From NCBI GenBank assembly GCA_039545335.1, contig BCIN01000006.1:186001-250000 (forward strand): a stretch of 64,000 nt of DNA, in the 5' to 3' direction. Source of the DNA: Kondoa subrosea. Taxonomy: Eukaryota. Below the pieces are notes generated by a model. The model was not told where the DNA came from, made no database searches, and was given only the letters and a program-made list of their open reading frames with translations. Shown one piece after another: positions 1 through 12,449 of the stretch. Position 1 is the first letter of the stretch, and the number at the start of each line of letters is the position of its first letter. The position numbers and the translations under genes are program-made.

Positions 1-440
1 TGGACGACAACAAACATCAATCCGTTGGCTTTTCATTACCTTCGGCTGTAGCTGGGAAGAAGGACTTGTTGACTCGTTATTATGGAATCCAATTAGAAAT
101 TTCGGGATACCCAAAGCGGACTCTGCCAATCAACGTTGAAGTAGTCGCAACTGGTGGCTACAGTCTGTGGTTGCATGCTGATGCTAGGACACACCTCTGG
201 ACAAAAGGTATGTCTCTGTGTCTCAAAATCGGCTCCGTTAAGCCGCCCTCTGTAGTGCACTCTGCACTGGAGAACTCCAACTATTGTTACCTGACTGTCA
301 CCTTAGTGACGCATATATACTCTCAGTACGGAACCACGGTGGTTCCTCTCGCGCCCCACAAATTCCACTTCAGGCGTATGTACGCACTGCTTAACCAAGT
401 CCGTTTGAACGCGCTGATTCTTCTCGTGCTCTCTAGATGA
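1..440 (+). CDS. 3' end of an unidentified intron-containing protein gene (partial)
   Basis: The frame is open from the window edge (DDNKHQSVGFSLPSAVAGKKDLLTRYYG...). Predicted introns 141-187, 208-255 and ~376-436 splice to a TGA at 438-440. No family recognised. Confidence 0.4.
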   Translation, partial: DDNKHQSVGFSLPSAVAGKKDLLTRYYGIQLEISGYPKRTLPINVEVVATGGYSLWLHADARTHLWTKGMSLCLKIGSVKPPSVVHSALENSNYCYLTVTLVTHIYSQYGTTVVPLAPHKFHFRRMYALLNQVRLNALILLVLSR

Positions 441-663
441 GTAGAGTCAAGCGGCATATGCTCATAGCATATTCATTCATAGACTTTGTTTTTACCTATG
501 CATTTCCGTTTTGCTCTCTCATTTCCCTCAGAGGGGCCAGAATGTCGCCGACCGCGGAAATATAAGACAATGCAGCACTAATGTATCAGTGTCCGAAGAG
601 CAGCCTGAAATTACACAAAACACAGCGAAACGAAAGTATATACACTACACATACGAGAGTAAT

Positions 664-3600
664 CTATCGCCATACAGGACTACCAGCAGCCGTTGATGAC
701 GCAGACAGACTCATTCTACCAGCTGCTCTTCCGATAGCAGACGAAGCTCTGCTTCGCTTGACAGGTGAATGCTGAGGTGCAGGCAGGGTAGCTCGAGGAG
801 CTCGACCAGCTTTTCTTGCAGAAGAAGTGATATCAGATTCAGGTGTTTCCGAGGAAGTCGGCGGAACATAGGAAACCCTTCGAGTCTTCTTTGCCGATCG
901 AACTGGACCTATTGATGATCTGCGAGTCGTAGAAAGACGCTTCGTAGCTGACGGACGCGTTCGAGAAGGATTGAGAGACAGTGGAGTATCTCCAAATGAA
1001 GAATTTGCAGAAGAGATCGAAGCATTACCGACTTCACCCATTGGCTGTCTATAAGGATCTTGTTTGAGAAAAGAAAGCCGGGCCTGCTTGTTGTTGCCCT
1101 TGAATAATGAGGGTCGAGCTTGAGGCGGCGTGTTCTCGCTATCTTCACCGACTACAGCTAGACGAGTCATCTTGAAGCCATCATTTGGTTTGCTGCGAGA
1201 AAGGAAGCCTGTGCTGAGTCGATTACTGGTAGGTTTGAGCATAGCGCGAAGATCAGCTGCGGATTGAGGAGTAGAGGATGAAGGTGCTGGCTGGAATATA
1301 TCAGATTTCCCCAGAGAAAGCAGCACAGGAGGAGAAAGAGTCTTGTCTGATTGGTCTGTCGCCAATTCATCTTCGAGTTCCCATCCTTCGCCAGCCTCTG
1401 CAATTCGAAGGACTTTTTAGAAGAACAGCGCATCTTATACTCAAAACTTACCATCTCTCCAAATCACACTCTTCTTTTCTACTTTTGGTGCTCTTTTACG
1501 AGGCGAAGAAGCAATGCTACTCTTCAATCCACCCATTCTAGCTTTCCTAGGCGATCGAGCTGCATGTGAGATCTTGGCTGGTGAAGCAGATACAGCAAAG
1601 TCTTGCAGAGGTACTCTGCCTTTGACAGCGGTAAATTGTATGGCTTCTGTTCGTTGCCCAGCGAGCTCTTCGAAAGCTGCACGACTAGCTGCATCTAATT
1701 CACTTATAGCTGTTGTCCAGATTGATTCATCCATATCTTGTGCGTTTAGAAGTCGACTCCGAGCATCAAAGATAGCAACTAATATCCGAGCTTGAGTTCT
1801 GCTCCCTCCTAGCAGACCAGCTTCTTTAGCATTTCCGACAGACACTTGCAGAGTCAGATCAATGAGCTTCGTTTCCGAATCGAGTATACGTGAAGCTTCT
1901 GGATGTTGTAGGCGGCGACGCAAGCTTGCTACATTGGCGCCGTATATAGATTGAGCATTTGTAGCTTGTTTCGTTTCTTGCAAGAGTGATTGACCATGAG
2001 AGGAAAGAGAATTGATGAGGGAATCAATTCGTGATTTGATATCCAGTATCGCAGATTCTTCCGATCCAGAAAGGAATGCATGTTTCCTCCAACGGAGTAA
2101 AACAGGTCTGAGGTGCTCCAAACAATCTAGCTCCGCTTTCGCTCTTGCAGCACGACAACTTTTGAGCAATACATCTTCTTGAGCTGTTCGAATACTCTTT
2201 AACCCTTCCATAACTTCACGCAAACTTTCATCTCTCAATGACCGTTCAGTTTCTCTGACTTTCTCATCCCGTTCGCTGTCAGCTTTTTTCCTAGAGTCCA
2301 ATTCTTGTCGAAGTTCGTAAATGATCTTCACGTATTGACTGACATGGCGATCCACGGAAACGAGATTTCGAGTTGCTTTAGTCTTGATTTGTTTAGCTCT
2401 GTTGGCATATTGAAGAGTATTGTGCGTCTCATCGTAATGCTGAGATGAGGGTGACACGCAGACAATCATTGCCTGTCATGAGATTATCAAGGTACATTCG
2501 AGCTCTGCTTGTGCATATGATGACTCACAGTCTTGCAGTTCCCTCCCAAAGAATGTTTGAGCAATCGAGTCAATTTGGAGTCCCTATAAGGAATATGACC
2601 TCGTCTCCTCGGATCGCACAACGCGTTGATGCAATTGCCCAAAGCCAAGAGGGATCGGTTGATGTTTGCACCTTCGACCAATCTTGCACCTTTGTTCATA
2701 GTTACCGAAGCTCTTTCCGATCCAGCTAAATCAATAACGCTCAGAGTAGCCAGAGAGTAATCTTCCGATATATCTGCTGTTCGAGCTCGAAGCTTGACAT
2801 TGACTGATAATACAGCATGAGAACGAGAAGATGCGGAATTGGCTTCTGTGTGATTTGTCGAACGATTAAGGTTGCCTTGATGAATTAGGGTAATGACTTC
2901 TTCTGCTGAAGTAGGAATATGTTCTGATAGCCCTGGTACAATGATTCTTGATTTCTCATTCTCCCGAAGCGTGAGGAAAGCTGTAGTATCGAAAGCTAGA
3001 AGATCTCGGATCTGTTCATTGTAGATTTCTAGGTAGGAAACTGTCCAAATTGTCTCAGTATTGCATGAAGCAGAGTCAGAGTAAATACGTACTGGAAAGC
3101 TCTATAGTCTGCTCTTCCTTGCTTGCTTCTATCCGGTCAAAGAGATCTTGCATGAGGAGGAATATAATGCCAGGGTCTTGAGGTGTTCCAGAGATAGTAT
3201 GCGTCTTTCCACAGCCAGTCGCCTGAGATCACTCCTTCAGCTGAAGCACGATTACTTCCGAGTCAATGAGCACCTACGCCATAAGCAAACACCGTCGAAT
3301 TGTAGCCTTTCAATACACTACCAACCAGATCTTTCGCAATTCCATCATACACTTCATTCTGACCAGCACTCTCATCAAACACTTTATCAAAGCAGAACCT
3401 CATATCCTTCTTCTTCTTGTAATTCGGTCCAAGCAGCTGTCTTTGTAAATTGGACATAGGATTGTTATCTAGCGGATCAAAGACGAGCACACGATCATCC
3501 AGGACGTTCAAGATCTTGCGTATTGAAGCAGCAGAACGAGGGGCGAGTGAGACTGCTCCAGATAGTGAAGCATCGTTGTAGATTTGAACAGCTGATTGTG

Positions 3601-3679
3601 CTGCTAGATTGCCTGATTCTTTAGTTGAGAGAGGTCTGACGCGAATAGCTACACTGATGGAAGAAGCTGGGTCAGCCAT
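664..3679 (-). CDS. KIP3: Kinesin-8 family motor (Kip3/Klp5/6-like)
   Basis: N-terminal motor with VAIRVRP, FDKVFD, GYNSTVFAYGATGCGKTHT (P-loop across an intron), SYLEIYNEQIRDLL, SSRSHA, DLAGSERA, GANINRSLLALGNCINAL, HIPYRDSKLTRLL and ETHNTLQYANRAK. A coiled coil and basic S/P-rich tail follow. Confidence 0.93.
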
Positions 3680-4028
3680 GTAAGCGGGCTTGAAGTCGTT
3701 TCCCTTCTATCGGTGCGATCCTCCGTGGTGATTGCTCGTTCAGAGGCTTTGTAGCCAGGCTAATATACGACAGTAGGGTATAGAGCAATGCTTTGTGGGA
3801 TCCCTAGCTTGGTATGGGTTGAGTCAAGTGCTCGTGCAAGAAAAAGCAGAAAAAGAAAACAATGGATTCTTGTGATAAACAAAGCGTCGGAAAGTGATCT
3901 ATGAGCAAGAAGCAGCGTTCAAGCTACGGTACAATACGAACGACTGATTGATTCAATACAGCAATAGTGTAGACGCGATAAGCGAGATTGTCAAACCCTC
4001 TGATTCGGAGTCTGCACAGTACAGGACA

Positions 4029-5220
4029 TTAGTCTGACTTGAGTTGATGACCTCTATAGTACTCCGGGTACGTTTCCTTGTACCTGCTCCATTCATATCA
4101 TCAGTCTTTGGTCAGTCAGACGAAGGAAGAGTTTCACCCTAGCAAATATTTTCCAACCACTACACCCAAGAACCAATGTATGCCAACGAGAACAGGAATA
4201 GGTAGGGGCTAAGAGGTGGTTCTTAGTCAGTGACGCGGAAAGAATTGCGTGTACTTACTCCCATCGCGATCAGGATGTCATGAGCGTATAAGAATAGGAT
4301 CATCTGAAAAGGAGACGGTTCGTGTTTGGCATTATGGCAGTCGTGAAGGTAGCTGTATTAACATTCTATCCGATAAGAATGATCGAGCCGCATGGGTATA
4401 ACGTACGAATTGAAGTTTCTATAATGTAAGGAAACTTGAGCACTACGATCGGGCAACGCGATATCCTCGTATTCACCTCAGGAACCGCTCATTGAAGCCT
4501 ACAATTGTATCGTTTGGATCGACAAAGACTACCAACATGTGAGTACGTTCCTGTACACAGTGAAGTACAATAATGACTCACCCTCGAACTTTGTATTGAC
4601 CGGTCCTTCAACAGGCCAATAGGTGTGACGAAGAGTTTTCCTACGATTCACATGTTGCTCGTGAGATGTTTTCATACAGTCAAAAGTTAAGACTCACGGA
4701 ATACTGACTCTTCCTGATTCGGGAGTCAAGATTTGTTTCTTTCCGTCAACTATGACACCAAGCTCTCCTGCGAGCACCTTGAACGTCTGTGACCTAGCTT
4801 AAGCAAACAACAAAGATCACAAGGGCAAGGCATACTTCTGTTTGGTAACGATGAATATGTATTGGCGGAGCGCTTTTGCATACGCCTAGAATGATAGGTG
4901 AGCATAGCTATCGGGATAATTCAGCAATAAGCTGACCTAATCCTCCGCGAGCCAACGGACTAGATGTGACGTCGGCAAGAAGCTCGAAACAGTTCGTAAA
5001 GTACATACGATTCAAAGTGATGGACTTCAGTCGTAATATATCTGCATAAGTCTTAGATAGTTTAGAGAGCAGACATAGAAGCATACTTGTCGAGCTCTTC
5101 ATCGTATCTGAATTCAGAAGTAGAGCACGAATCCGCGGCATGCAGCGTCAGTTTGTCTGCTGTATTGGTTCGAGCAGGACGAGGAGATAGGACAGAGAGC
5201 AGGCCAACAAGACCAGCCAT
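4029..5220 (-). CDS. Fungal cupin (RmlC-like) domain protein, ~10 introns
   Basis: Spliced translation: MAGLVGLL...APPIHIHRYQTETFKVLAGELGVIVDGKKQILTPESGRVSIP.KTLRHTYW (cupin motifs 1 and 2), then NERFLRNFNSYLHDC...PSPFQMILF...GKYLLGYKETYPEYY. Includes a 12-nt exon at 4407-4418. Confidence 0.8.
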
Positions 5221-5476
5221 CGATACGGACAATGCAGGTGGTAGACTGGATTCAAGAACACCTCGCGATTCTCCTAGGAGACGAAGCTTCCAATTTATGA
5301 GCAATGGAAGTAACCAGAAGTTGATGAAGCAGAGAGGTTACGCTCGAATAGCAATGGGTCAGATCGCAGGTCTTGTATAGCAGACTGATGGGTCAAGAGA
5401 ACCAACGCAGGTGAAGTGATTTCTACATGATGCATGGTACTACTATACATGCCCGACCTCCGTACTTAAACCATTG

Positions 5477-7145
5477 TTACAGGCCTAGCTTCCGAGATAC
5501 CCACTGCTTCCATGACAGCTCTCCGGGCATTTCAGTAGACTCGATTATCTCGGCAATTGGAAGTTGCGAAACAGCTGCCTTATGTAGCGCAATCTGGTCT
5601 CGGGTGAAGCTATGGTCGAGCACTTTCTGATGCACGATAGTTGAATGGAATTGACCAAATTTAATGTACTGGTCAGTCTTCAGCATCAAATGTGTCTCAG
5701 CTTTGACTACTCTCCTGCCAAAGATTGGTACGTACCTCAGTATAAGCCCTGATGAAGCCTAAGCTTTCCACGAGCTGACGAAGGCGCGTGTCTTCCAGTG
5801 GCATCATAGCTGTAGACTATTGTGAGTATCGAGAAAGTATACGGTCATCGGGACTGACTGTAAAGACGTCTCATCTTCAGAGCGCACAGATCCTCATTCG
5901 CCAGCAGAAGCATGTCCCAGAGTTGTGACACCACTTCTATTTGCTTTAACTGCTCTGGTAACAAGAGAGAGAAGAGGCCGTATCTGATGATCTGAGGAGG
6001 ATTAGACCTGGAACTCGAAACATTGGCAATCTCTCACGTTGGCAATCGAGCAGGATCTTTGATTGAGATCCACCGCGTAAAAGTAGCTCTACCGACAACC
6101 TGTTTGGATTGTTTCTCGCGCATCAAAACCCGCAACGTCTTGCGATTTTTCTCGATAAATGCGTTTGCCTGCATGACCCTCTTAGAGCGTGGTACAGAAC
6201 GAGCTGGCCACAAGTCATTGGCAACCTTCTCCAAGAAAAAACTCGTCAGATGACTGCGATTCAGTAAAGAGCTACGAGCGTACAAAATACTCTTCCAACT
6301 CTGATGTCGGGAAATCCGAATCATGGACGTATTCCAAAGCATCGGGCTGAACAGTTCTCATCATTTGTTCGAAGCGTTGACTACCAGCGTATGCTTTGGG
6401 CCATCCTTGATCGTGCACATTTGGTCTAGGCTACAAGACATTCAGCACTAAGCAGAGACATCAGAGCATTGCTTACGCCGACAAGCTTCTCGAAGTATAA
6501 CATATCGAATGTTTTGTTGCCTCGAACATATGCAGCTGTCAATTGACCAACATTGCGAAAGCCTGCTTTCAGGAGGGCATTGACACTTGCCACTGCAAAC
6601 CACTGATTAGTGTGCACCAACCGGTTGTAATCGACTTCACCATTGATAGTAGGAGTTCTCGCTGGAACTCATGCAGGTAAGCAAGAGATCGTTTCGAACC
6701 GAAGATTTGAAATACCATAAATAACCCGGAGCTGCTTTGCTTTTGTGAGTTGGTCTGATAACAGGGCACGCCATAGACGAGTGGCTATCGCTTGACGTTG
6801 AACTTCGCACTTGACGAGCAAGAACGGTTCGGCGGAGCTGTACCAAGCGTCAGTCAACATTTCTTTCCGGTATGACTATCTTAGGCAGTCACTGAGGGTT
6901 CCCTTCAATCCACATTTCGTGCGGGCAGAGAGCGCCAAGTCCAACAACTTCATCTTCTCGCAGAGCTACAGCAATGGCCATCCCTTTTCTTTGAGTTTTA
7001 CTTGATTTTGCGGACAGATCACGTCAAGAAAAGTGCTTTCAAAAAATCCTTTCGTGTCAGGTCGTTTGACGATGCATTCGTCATAGATTCCATCGACCGC
7101 TGCTTCATCTGAATCCTCGACATAACGAATAATCAAGTCGTCCAT
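5477..7145 (-). CDS. Tandem double GNAT acetyltransferase (Pat/YncA-like domains); frame break near 6968, possibly a pseudogene or assembly error
   Basis: Domain 1: LIIRYVEDSDEAAVDGIYDE...VALREDEVVGLGAL...SAEPFLLVKCEVQRQAIATRLW...IYARTPTINVASVNALLKAGFRNVGQL...DMLYFEKLV. Domain 2: KQVVGRATF...LVESLGF...YIKFGQFHSTIVHQKVL. About 8 canonical introns. Confidence 0.72.
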
Positions 7146-7553
7146 GAAGAGCGAGAATCTGAACCCTGACAGAGCCGAGAACAAGCGTAGAGAGAGCGAT
7201 AGCGCGAGACGTAGGTACCGAGAAGATGGCAGATTTGCGCTGCTCTTGAGTACATGCACCGAACAAACGGACATTCAGCACAGCACCTGACTGGAACAAA
7301 AGTGCAAGCAGTGTGAGCTGACAATGGCTACATCGCCCGACCCGACGAGAGGGGCAAACAAGACTCGTAACATGGAAAAAACAGCAGCAATCAGAACCTT
7401 TGACTGCGATAGATTTACAAGAGCATCAGCAATGTGGCTTCCAAGAGACAAATTACTTACAAAAGCTGTATGTGAGCAGTGAAGTATACTAAGACTTCGC
7501 AAGAAAGACGACTGTACAATACAAAGGTGATGTTACACTAGGCATGAACGCTT

Positions 7554-8054
7554 CTAATCCACATTATGCTTCTTCTTGAGTTTCTCGAGATCTGCTTCTC
7601 GTCGCTTCAAGTCCTTTTCTGTTTGTTTCGCTGGTTGATGAAAGAGTACTGTCATCAGGCCACATATGAGTACAGCCTTACTTACAGCATGGGAGTAGAA
7701 GACTCACCGACTAGATACCGCTCTTGCAAATGAAAACCATTCAAATGTTCGAATGCCTGCTTAGCCTGTATCCCAAACACAGTCTGCATCAGTCATGCAC
7801 TGAGGCATCTACTTGTGGCATACATCTGCAAGTTCCTCATACACCTGTACATATTAGAACTGAGTTAGCCTCAAACTAGTCTTGCGCGCCAAGTCACTGA
7901 CCACAAAAGCCGTCCCTCTAGTAGTCTGTGTGCTGCCTAACCGTATCTGCCTTACTGGTCCATATTTCCCAAACAAATCCCATAAATCTTCGCCTTTAGT
8001 TTTGTGTGCGATGTTCTTGATGAAGAGCAGCCGAGACGCATTGTTCTGACTCAT
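7554..8054 (-). CDS. SF3B6: Pre-mRNA branch-site protein p14 (U2 snRNP SF3b subunit)
   Basis: RRM: RLLFIKNI...EDLWDLFGKYGPVRQIRLG...TRGTAFVVYE...AKQAFEHLNGFHLQERYLV.LFHQP, with a basic C-terminus ending KKHNVD. 3 introns. Confidence 0.93.
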
Positions 8055-8251
8055 GACTGATTGCTAGGGCTCCTCTGATACCACTCTGATATGATCCGCA
8101 GTAAGTAAGCTTGAAGGGATAACTAGCGCCTATGGTCGATACAAGTTGAAATACTTACTGTCATCAAAATTGGCAAAAGACCTTGAAATGCTCGTAATAT
8201 GCTAGTGTGTACAATGCTTTGGATATATTCAGCAAATGTCCGTGCGTGGCA

Positions 8252-8270
8252 ATGAATGAATGAATGAATG
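8252..8270. repeat. (ATGA)n tetranucleotide microsatellite
   Basis: atgaatgaatgaatgaatg, in the 3' flank of GT62 copy A. Confidence 0.75.
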
Positions 8271-8298
8271 CGTCTTCCTACTCTTCGCCAGTTTTGTG

Positions 8299-9848
8299 TC
8301 ATGAATGCTCGACAAAGTAATTCGATAAGCCTGTCATTCTTGCTCCGAGCTGTTTAGCCATTCGACCGAAACCTTCTGTCTCCAATTGATGGTCCACGAT
8401 CCAGGAAGGGAAGACCGCGCCTAGTCTGTACCAGAGTCAGAACAATCGCTCGCTATCAAGAAGGGGAAAGACTTACCGATGGACATCTGCTCTTACTAGA
8501 GCAGCTACAGCTCCTATTGCGTCCAATTGCATACGTTTGCCAATATACGCATCCGAAGTAGGGTCATATCGATTATCTTTCGGGTTTGAGCCAATATCGT
8601 TGATCGAGAAGACGGCGGGTTTTGAGGTATAAGGTGTATAAGTGTGCGCTAGATGGATTCGATGCATCCGTTGGACTAATAACAAACACAGTACTGTCAG
8701 CTGCTGGGCAGCACAGTCAATGGACCGAATAGCTTACTGATGTTACCTTCAATCAAGACAGTGTTTTCTGCAAGGTTTTGTTTGCGTAAGATGCTGTCTG
8801 ATGTTTCTGCCCAGCTAGTGAACCGGATCAGTTGAGGTGGATGCAAAGAACAAGGCTTAGTAGGCTTACTTGTTCAGATCATACGGACTCAAACTACCAT
8901 CCGATCTTCGTTTCATAGCATTGGGAACGATCACATCATTTCTTGAATCTTCCGTAGTATTGTTGAGTGATAAAGCTTGTTGTATTTCTGCTGAAGGTTG
9001 TAAACCGGCATTACCAAGCAGAAGTAAATCGGAAAATAGGGAAGGTGAGACTTGGTTGACATCAGAATCTAGCCAAAGCACCCAATCTATTTGCGGTTCA
9101 AGAGTAGAGGTGAGGAGGTAGGTTCTAGCTTTAGCCATGATTGCCCTTCATTTCGCGTATCAGAGGATGCATATTCCAGCCAAGATCAAGCTCACCGTCT
9201 TGTCGACTGGACCCAGAAAGCGTGCCTTGATTCACCAGTAGGCAAATTCATCTGAAAATCTTTCCTCAATACGGTCGTTTTCCTGTATGCCTCATTCCCA
9301 TTCTGTTTCCATTGCAACCAATCCACTACACTTTGAGCAGTCTCATCATCCTCGTCACCGACCAAGAACCCTAAGCTTGTCCTTGATTTCGGATGCGTCA
9401 AACCTTCAATCAAGCTAAAAAAACGTGGAAGATCTTGAATTGCATTTTTGAGTGGTGATAGTATGAGCAGCTCCAATTCGTTCACTTGTGTTGTCTGGTT
9501 CTCGAAGTCATACACCAACAATTCTCCAGCGCCTTGTGCAGGAGGAATGATAGATGGTAAAGTGAGTGTAGGTCGGATCCTTCCAGCTTCATTGATAGCT
9601 TGACTGTTCAATTCTGGCAAGATAGCTATCGCTCCTATTTTATAAGCCACGATTGATCCTATGCCAATGCCGGCCAGTGCAAGAAGAGCAATAACGAAAG
9701 TCGCAAACAACAGCAATTTGAGTAGTCGCCATTTGAGGTAAGAGGAAGAAGCTTGGGAGGAGTGTTGAGGAAGATGTTCTTGACTAGAGTTGGAAGAAGA
9801 AGGAGGGACAGCTGAGTAGTGGTATTGAGCCTTGTCTTGATATGACAT
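8299..9848 (-). CDS. GT62 (Anp1/Mnn9/Van1 family) type II membrane glycosyltransferase, copy A
   Basis: N-terminal TM; LILSPLKNA, LTHPKSRTSLGFLVGD, VLRKDF, RHAFWVQSTRRAIMAKARTYLL, WVLWLDSDV (DxD), DVIVPN, YDLN.W, LDAIGAVAALVRADVHR.GAVFP, ETEGFGRMAK. 4 introns. Confidence 0.9.
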
Positions 9849-10265
9849 TTATGGGATCACCGCGGTACTTGGATTAATTGCTGCAATCTGGTGTTTATTG
9901 GCTTTGCTTTTTGACACGGCGAGAGTGAGCAATATCGAAGCCTGTGCGAAAGATACGAGAGAGATAGCTAGACTGCGACACCTCGGAAGCCGAAAGCACG
10001 TCTGCTGCGGAATCAAAGAGACATGTCCCAATCTTTCAGCTGAGTACGAATGAACCAATCCAAAAGCGCGAGCGCTAAAAGAGCTGAATCTTGCTTGGAC
10101 AACCAGGAAAGAGGAAAAAACCGACAAACATCAAAATTCAGTTTTGGCCAAAAATAGTCAAGGCGGGCTATACTCGGTCAACTCGCAGTTAACAGGAGCG
10201 CCTGCGATGAAGCGTCCTCGCCAATCCCATCTTCACATCAGATCGTGAAGGATCAACGCTTCGCG

Positions 10266-10287
10266 TCAAATCAAATCAAATCAAATG
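10266..10287. repeat. (TCAAA)4 pentanucleotide repeat
   Basis: tcaaatcaaatcaaatcaaat, between the two GT62 genes. Confidence 0.7.
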
Positions 10288-10620
10288 CTCGGGTGTTGTC
10301 AGAGCTAGCTTGGCTGGGAACGAAGCTCGATGCAGTAGCAGGAGACCTTTTCGAGTATAGAAGGGCTGCTGAACTGCGCAAATCATGTACGTTTCCTCAC
10401 AACAGCCTAACGAGCGAAATTCAGCGAATACTGGCGCGAAAGTCCGATGGACGATGGAATAATTTATGCTGCTATAACACAATATACTATGTACAGATGA
10501 CTTACGTATGCCAATGCGATGCTTTACTATGTGCCCAAGAAACCTAAACACCCATCCCTTGACCTTTATAAACGATTCCCTTGCGCGAAGTAGATCGTGT
10601 CTCTTTCATCTTTGAGCACT

Positions 10621-12161
10621 TTACGGGTGAAGAACGAAGTAGTTGACCAGACCAACGATTCTGCCACCCAAAGTTTTTGCTAATCGACCCATTCCTTCCG
10701 TTTCCAGTTGATGATCAAAGATCCAAGCAGGGAAGACTGCTCCGACCCTACTTTGCCTGTCAGCATTTGCATTTGGTCTCACCATGAATGCAACCTCACC
10801 TATGCACATCTGCTCTAACCAATGCTGCAACTCCTCCTATCGCATCCATCTGTATCGATTTACCAATATAGGCTTCAGATGTAGCTTGATACCTTAAGTC
10901 ATCTTTCGAGTGAGCAGATATTTGATCAATCGAGAAGAGTTGCGGTTCAGATGTATAGGGAGTATAAAGATCCGCTAGATGAGTTCGTTGCATATGTTGA
11001 ACTGCAGAAGTTGCTTAGCAATTAGAAACCAAGGCTCAAGAAGACGTACGAATGTTGCCTTCTATTAGAACCGTGTCCTCTGCTAGATTCTTCTTGAGCT
11101 CTAGGCTTTCAACAGTTTCAGCCCAACTAATATCAATCAGCTATTAAAAGTGCAAAGAGTGCAAAGCTCTCACTTGTTCATATCATACCCTAGCAAAGCA
11201 CCATCCGGCAGTCGTTTCATAGCATTGGGTATGATCACATCATTGAAATGATCGCTTTGGATCCAAGGTAATGCATTCGTGATTTCATTTGATGGTTGGA
11301 GACCAGCATTACCAAGCAAAAGAAGATCAGCAAAAAGAGTAGGTGAATAATCATTGATGTCTGAATCCAACCACAGAACCCAATCGATTTCCGGTTCCAA
11401 TGTAGCAGTCAGTAGATAAGTTCGAGCTTTAGCCATGATTGCCCTAAACATACTTCTCGGCCTCAATCCTGTTTTAAATGGTATGAAACTCACCTTCTTG
11501 TACTCTGTACCCAAAAAGCATGCCTTGATCCACCAGCAGGCACATCCATCTTGAAATCTTTCCTCAGAACCGTTGCTTTCCTGAACGCTTGTTGTCCTCC
11601 TTGCTTTTCCGTAACCCAATCTACCAAACTTTGTGCCGTTGAGTCTTCTTCATCACCAACCAAGAACCCAACACTAGTTTTAGATTTAGGATGTGTTAAT
11701 CGATCTAGTAAAGTAAAGAAATGGGGTAAATCTTGTTGAGCGTTCTTCATTGGACACAAGACGAGTAAATTGAGCTGTTCCACATTCACAACACTTGCAG
11801 TCTTATTTCCAAAATCATGTATAACCAAATTTGAAGAAGAAGAAGAAGTGCCAGTACTGGATAATTGTGGGGTAGATGAAAAAGGGCCGAGTTTGAGAGA
11901 AGGTCGAACCCAACCTGCATTGTTGATAGCTACTTTGTCGAACTGAGGAATGAAACGTAGCATGCCCAATTCATAGCCTATAAGAGCCAGAACCCCGCTG
12001 CCTGCCAGAAGAAGCAGAATGGTCAATAGGAAAGCTATTAACAGAGGTCGTCGACATGAACGTGTTCTTGCCAGTGAGGACCGAGAAGGCAGGTCGCCAT
12101 GATCTGAGTGTTGTGGTGAAGAAGTTGTAGAGACAGGCAAGTAGATGTGTTTCTCTGACAT
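10621..12161 (-). CDS. GT62 (Anp1/Mnn9/Van1 family) glycosyltransferase, copy B
   Basis: Same motifs and same 4 intron positions as copy A (LVLCPMKNA, RHAFWVQSTRR, WVLWLDSDI, ALVRADVHR, ETEGMGRLAK). Confidence 0.9.
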
Positions 12162-12449
12162 TTTTGCTGTTGATGTCCAAACAAACGAGTCTTGCGTTGC
12201 CAATTCCACTTATAGTAAAGGCCTGCGGAATCACGGCCAGGTCAGAGAGAGAGGCCCGGTAGATTCGACGGCTGTGCTGATCTTGCGTTCCGGTCAAGAA
12301 GAAGCTGGAAGATAGCCAAGAAGTCACGTGTCCTGAATTCGGGTCGGTCCAGATTTGGCCGCCGACTAAGTTTGAACAGAGTAACAGTGGACTGCGCTCA
12401 TGTGTTGAGGACGCCAGCTGCATGTGGGAAATAATGGCATACTACACTA

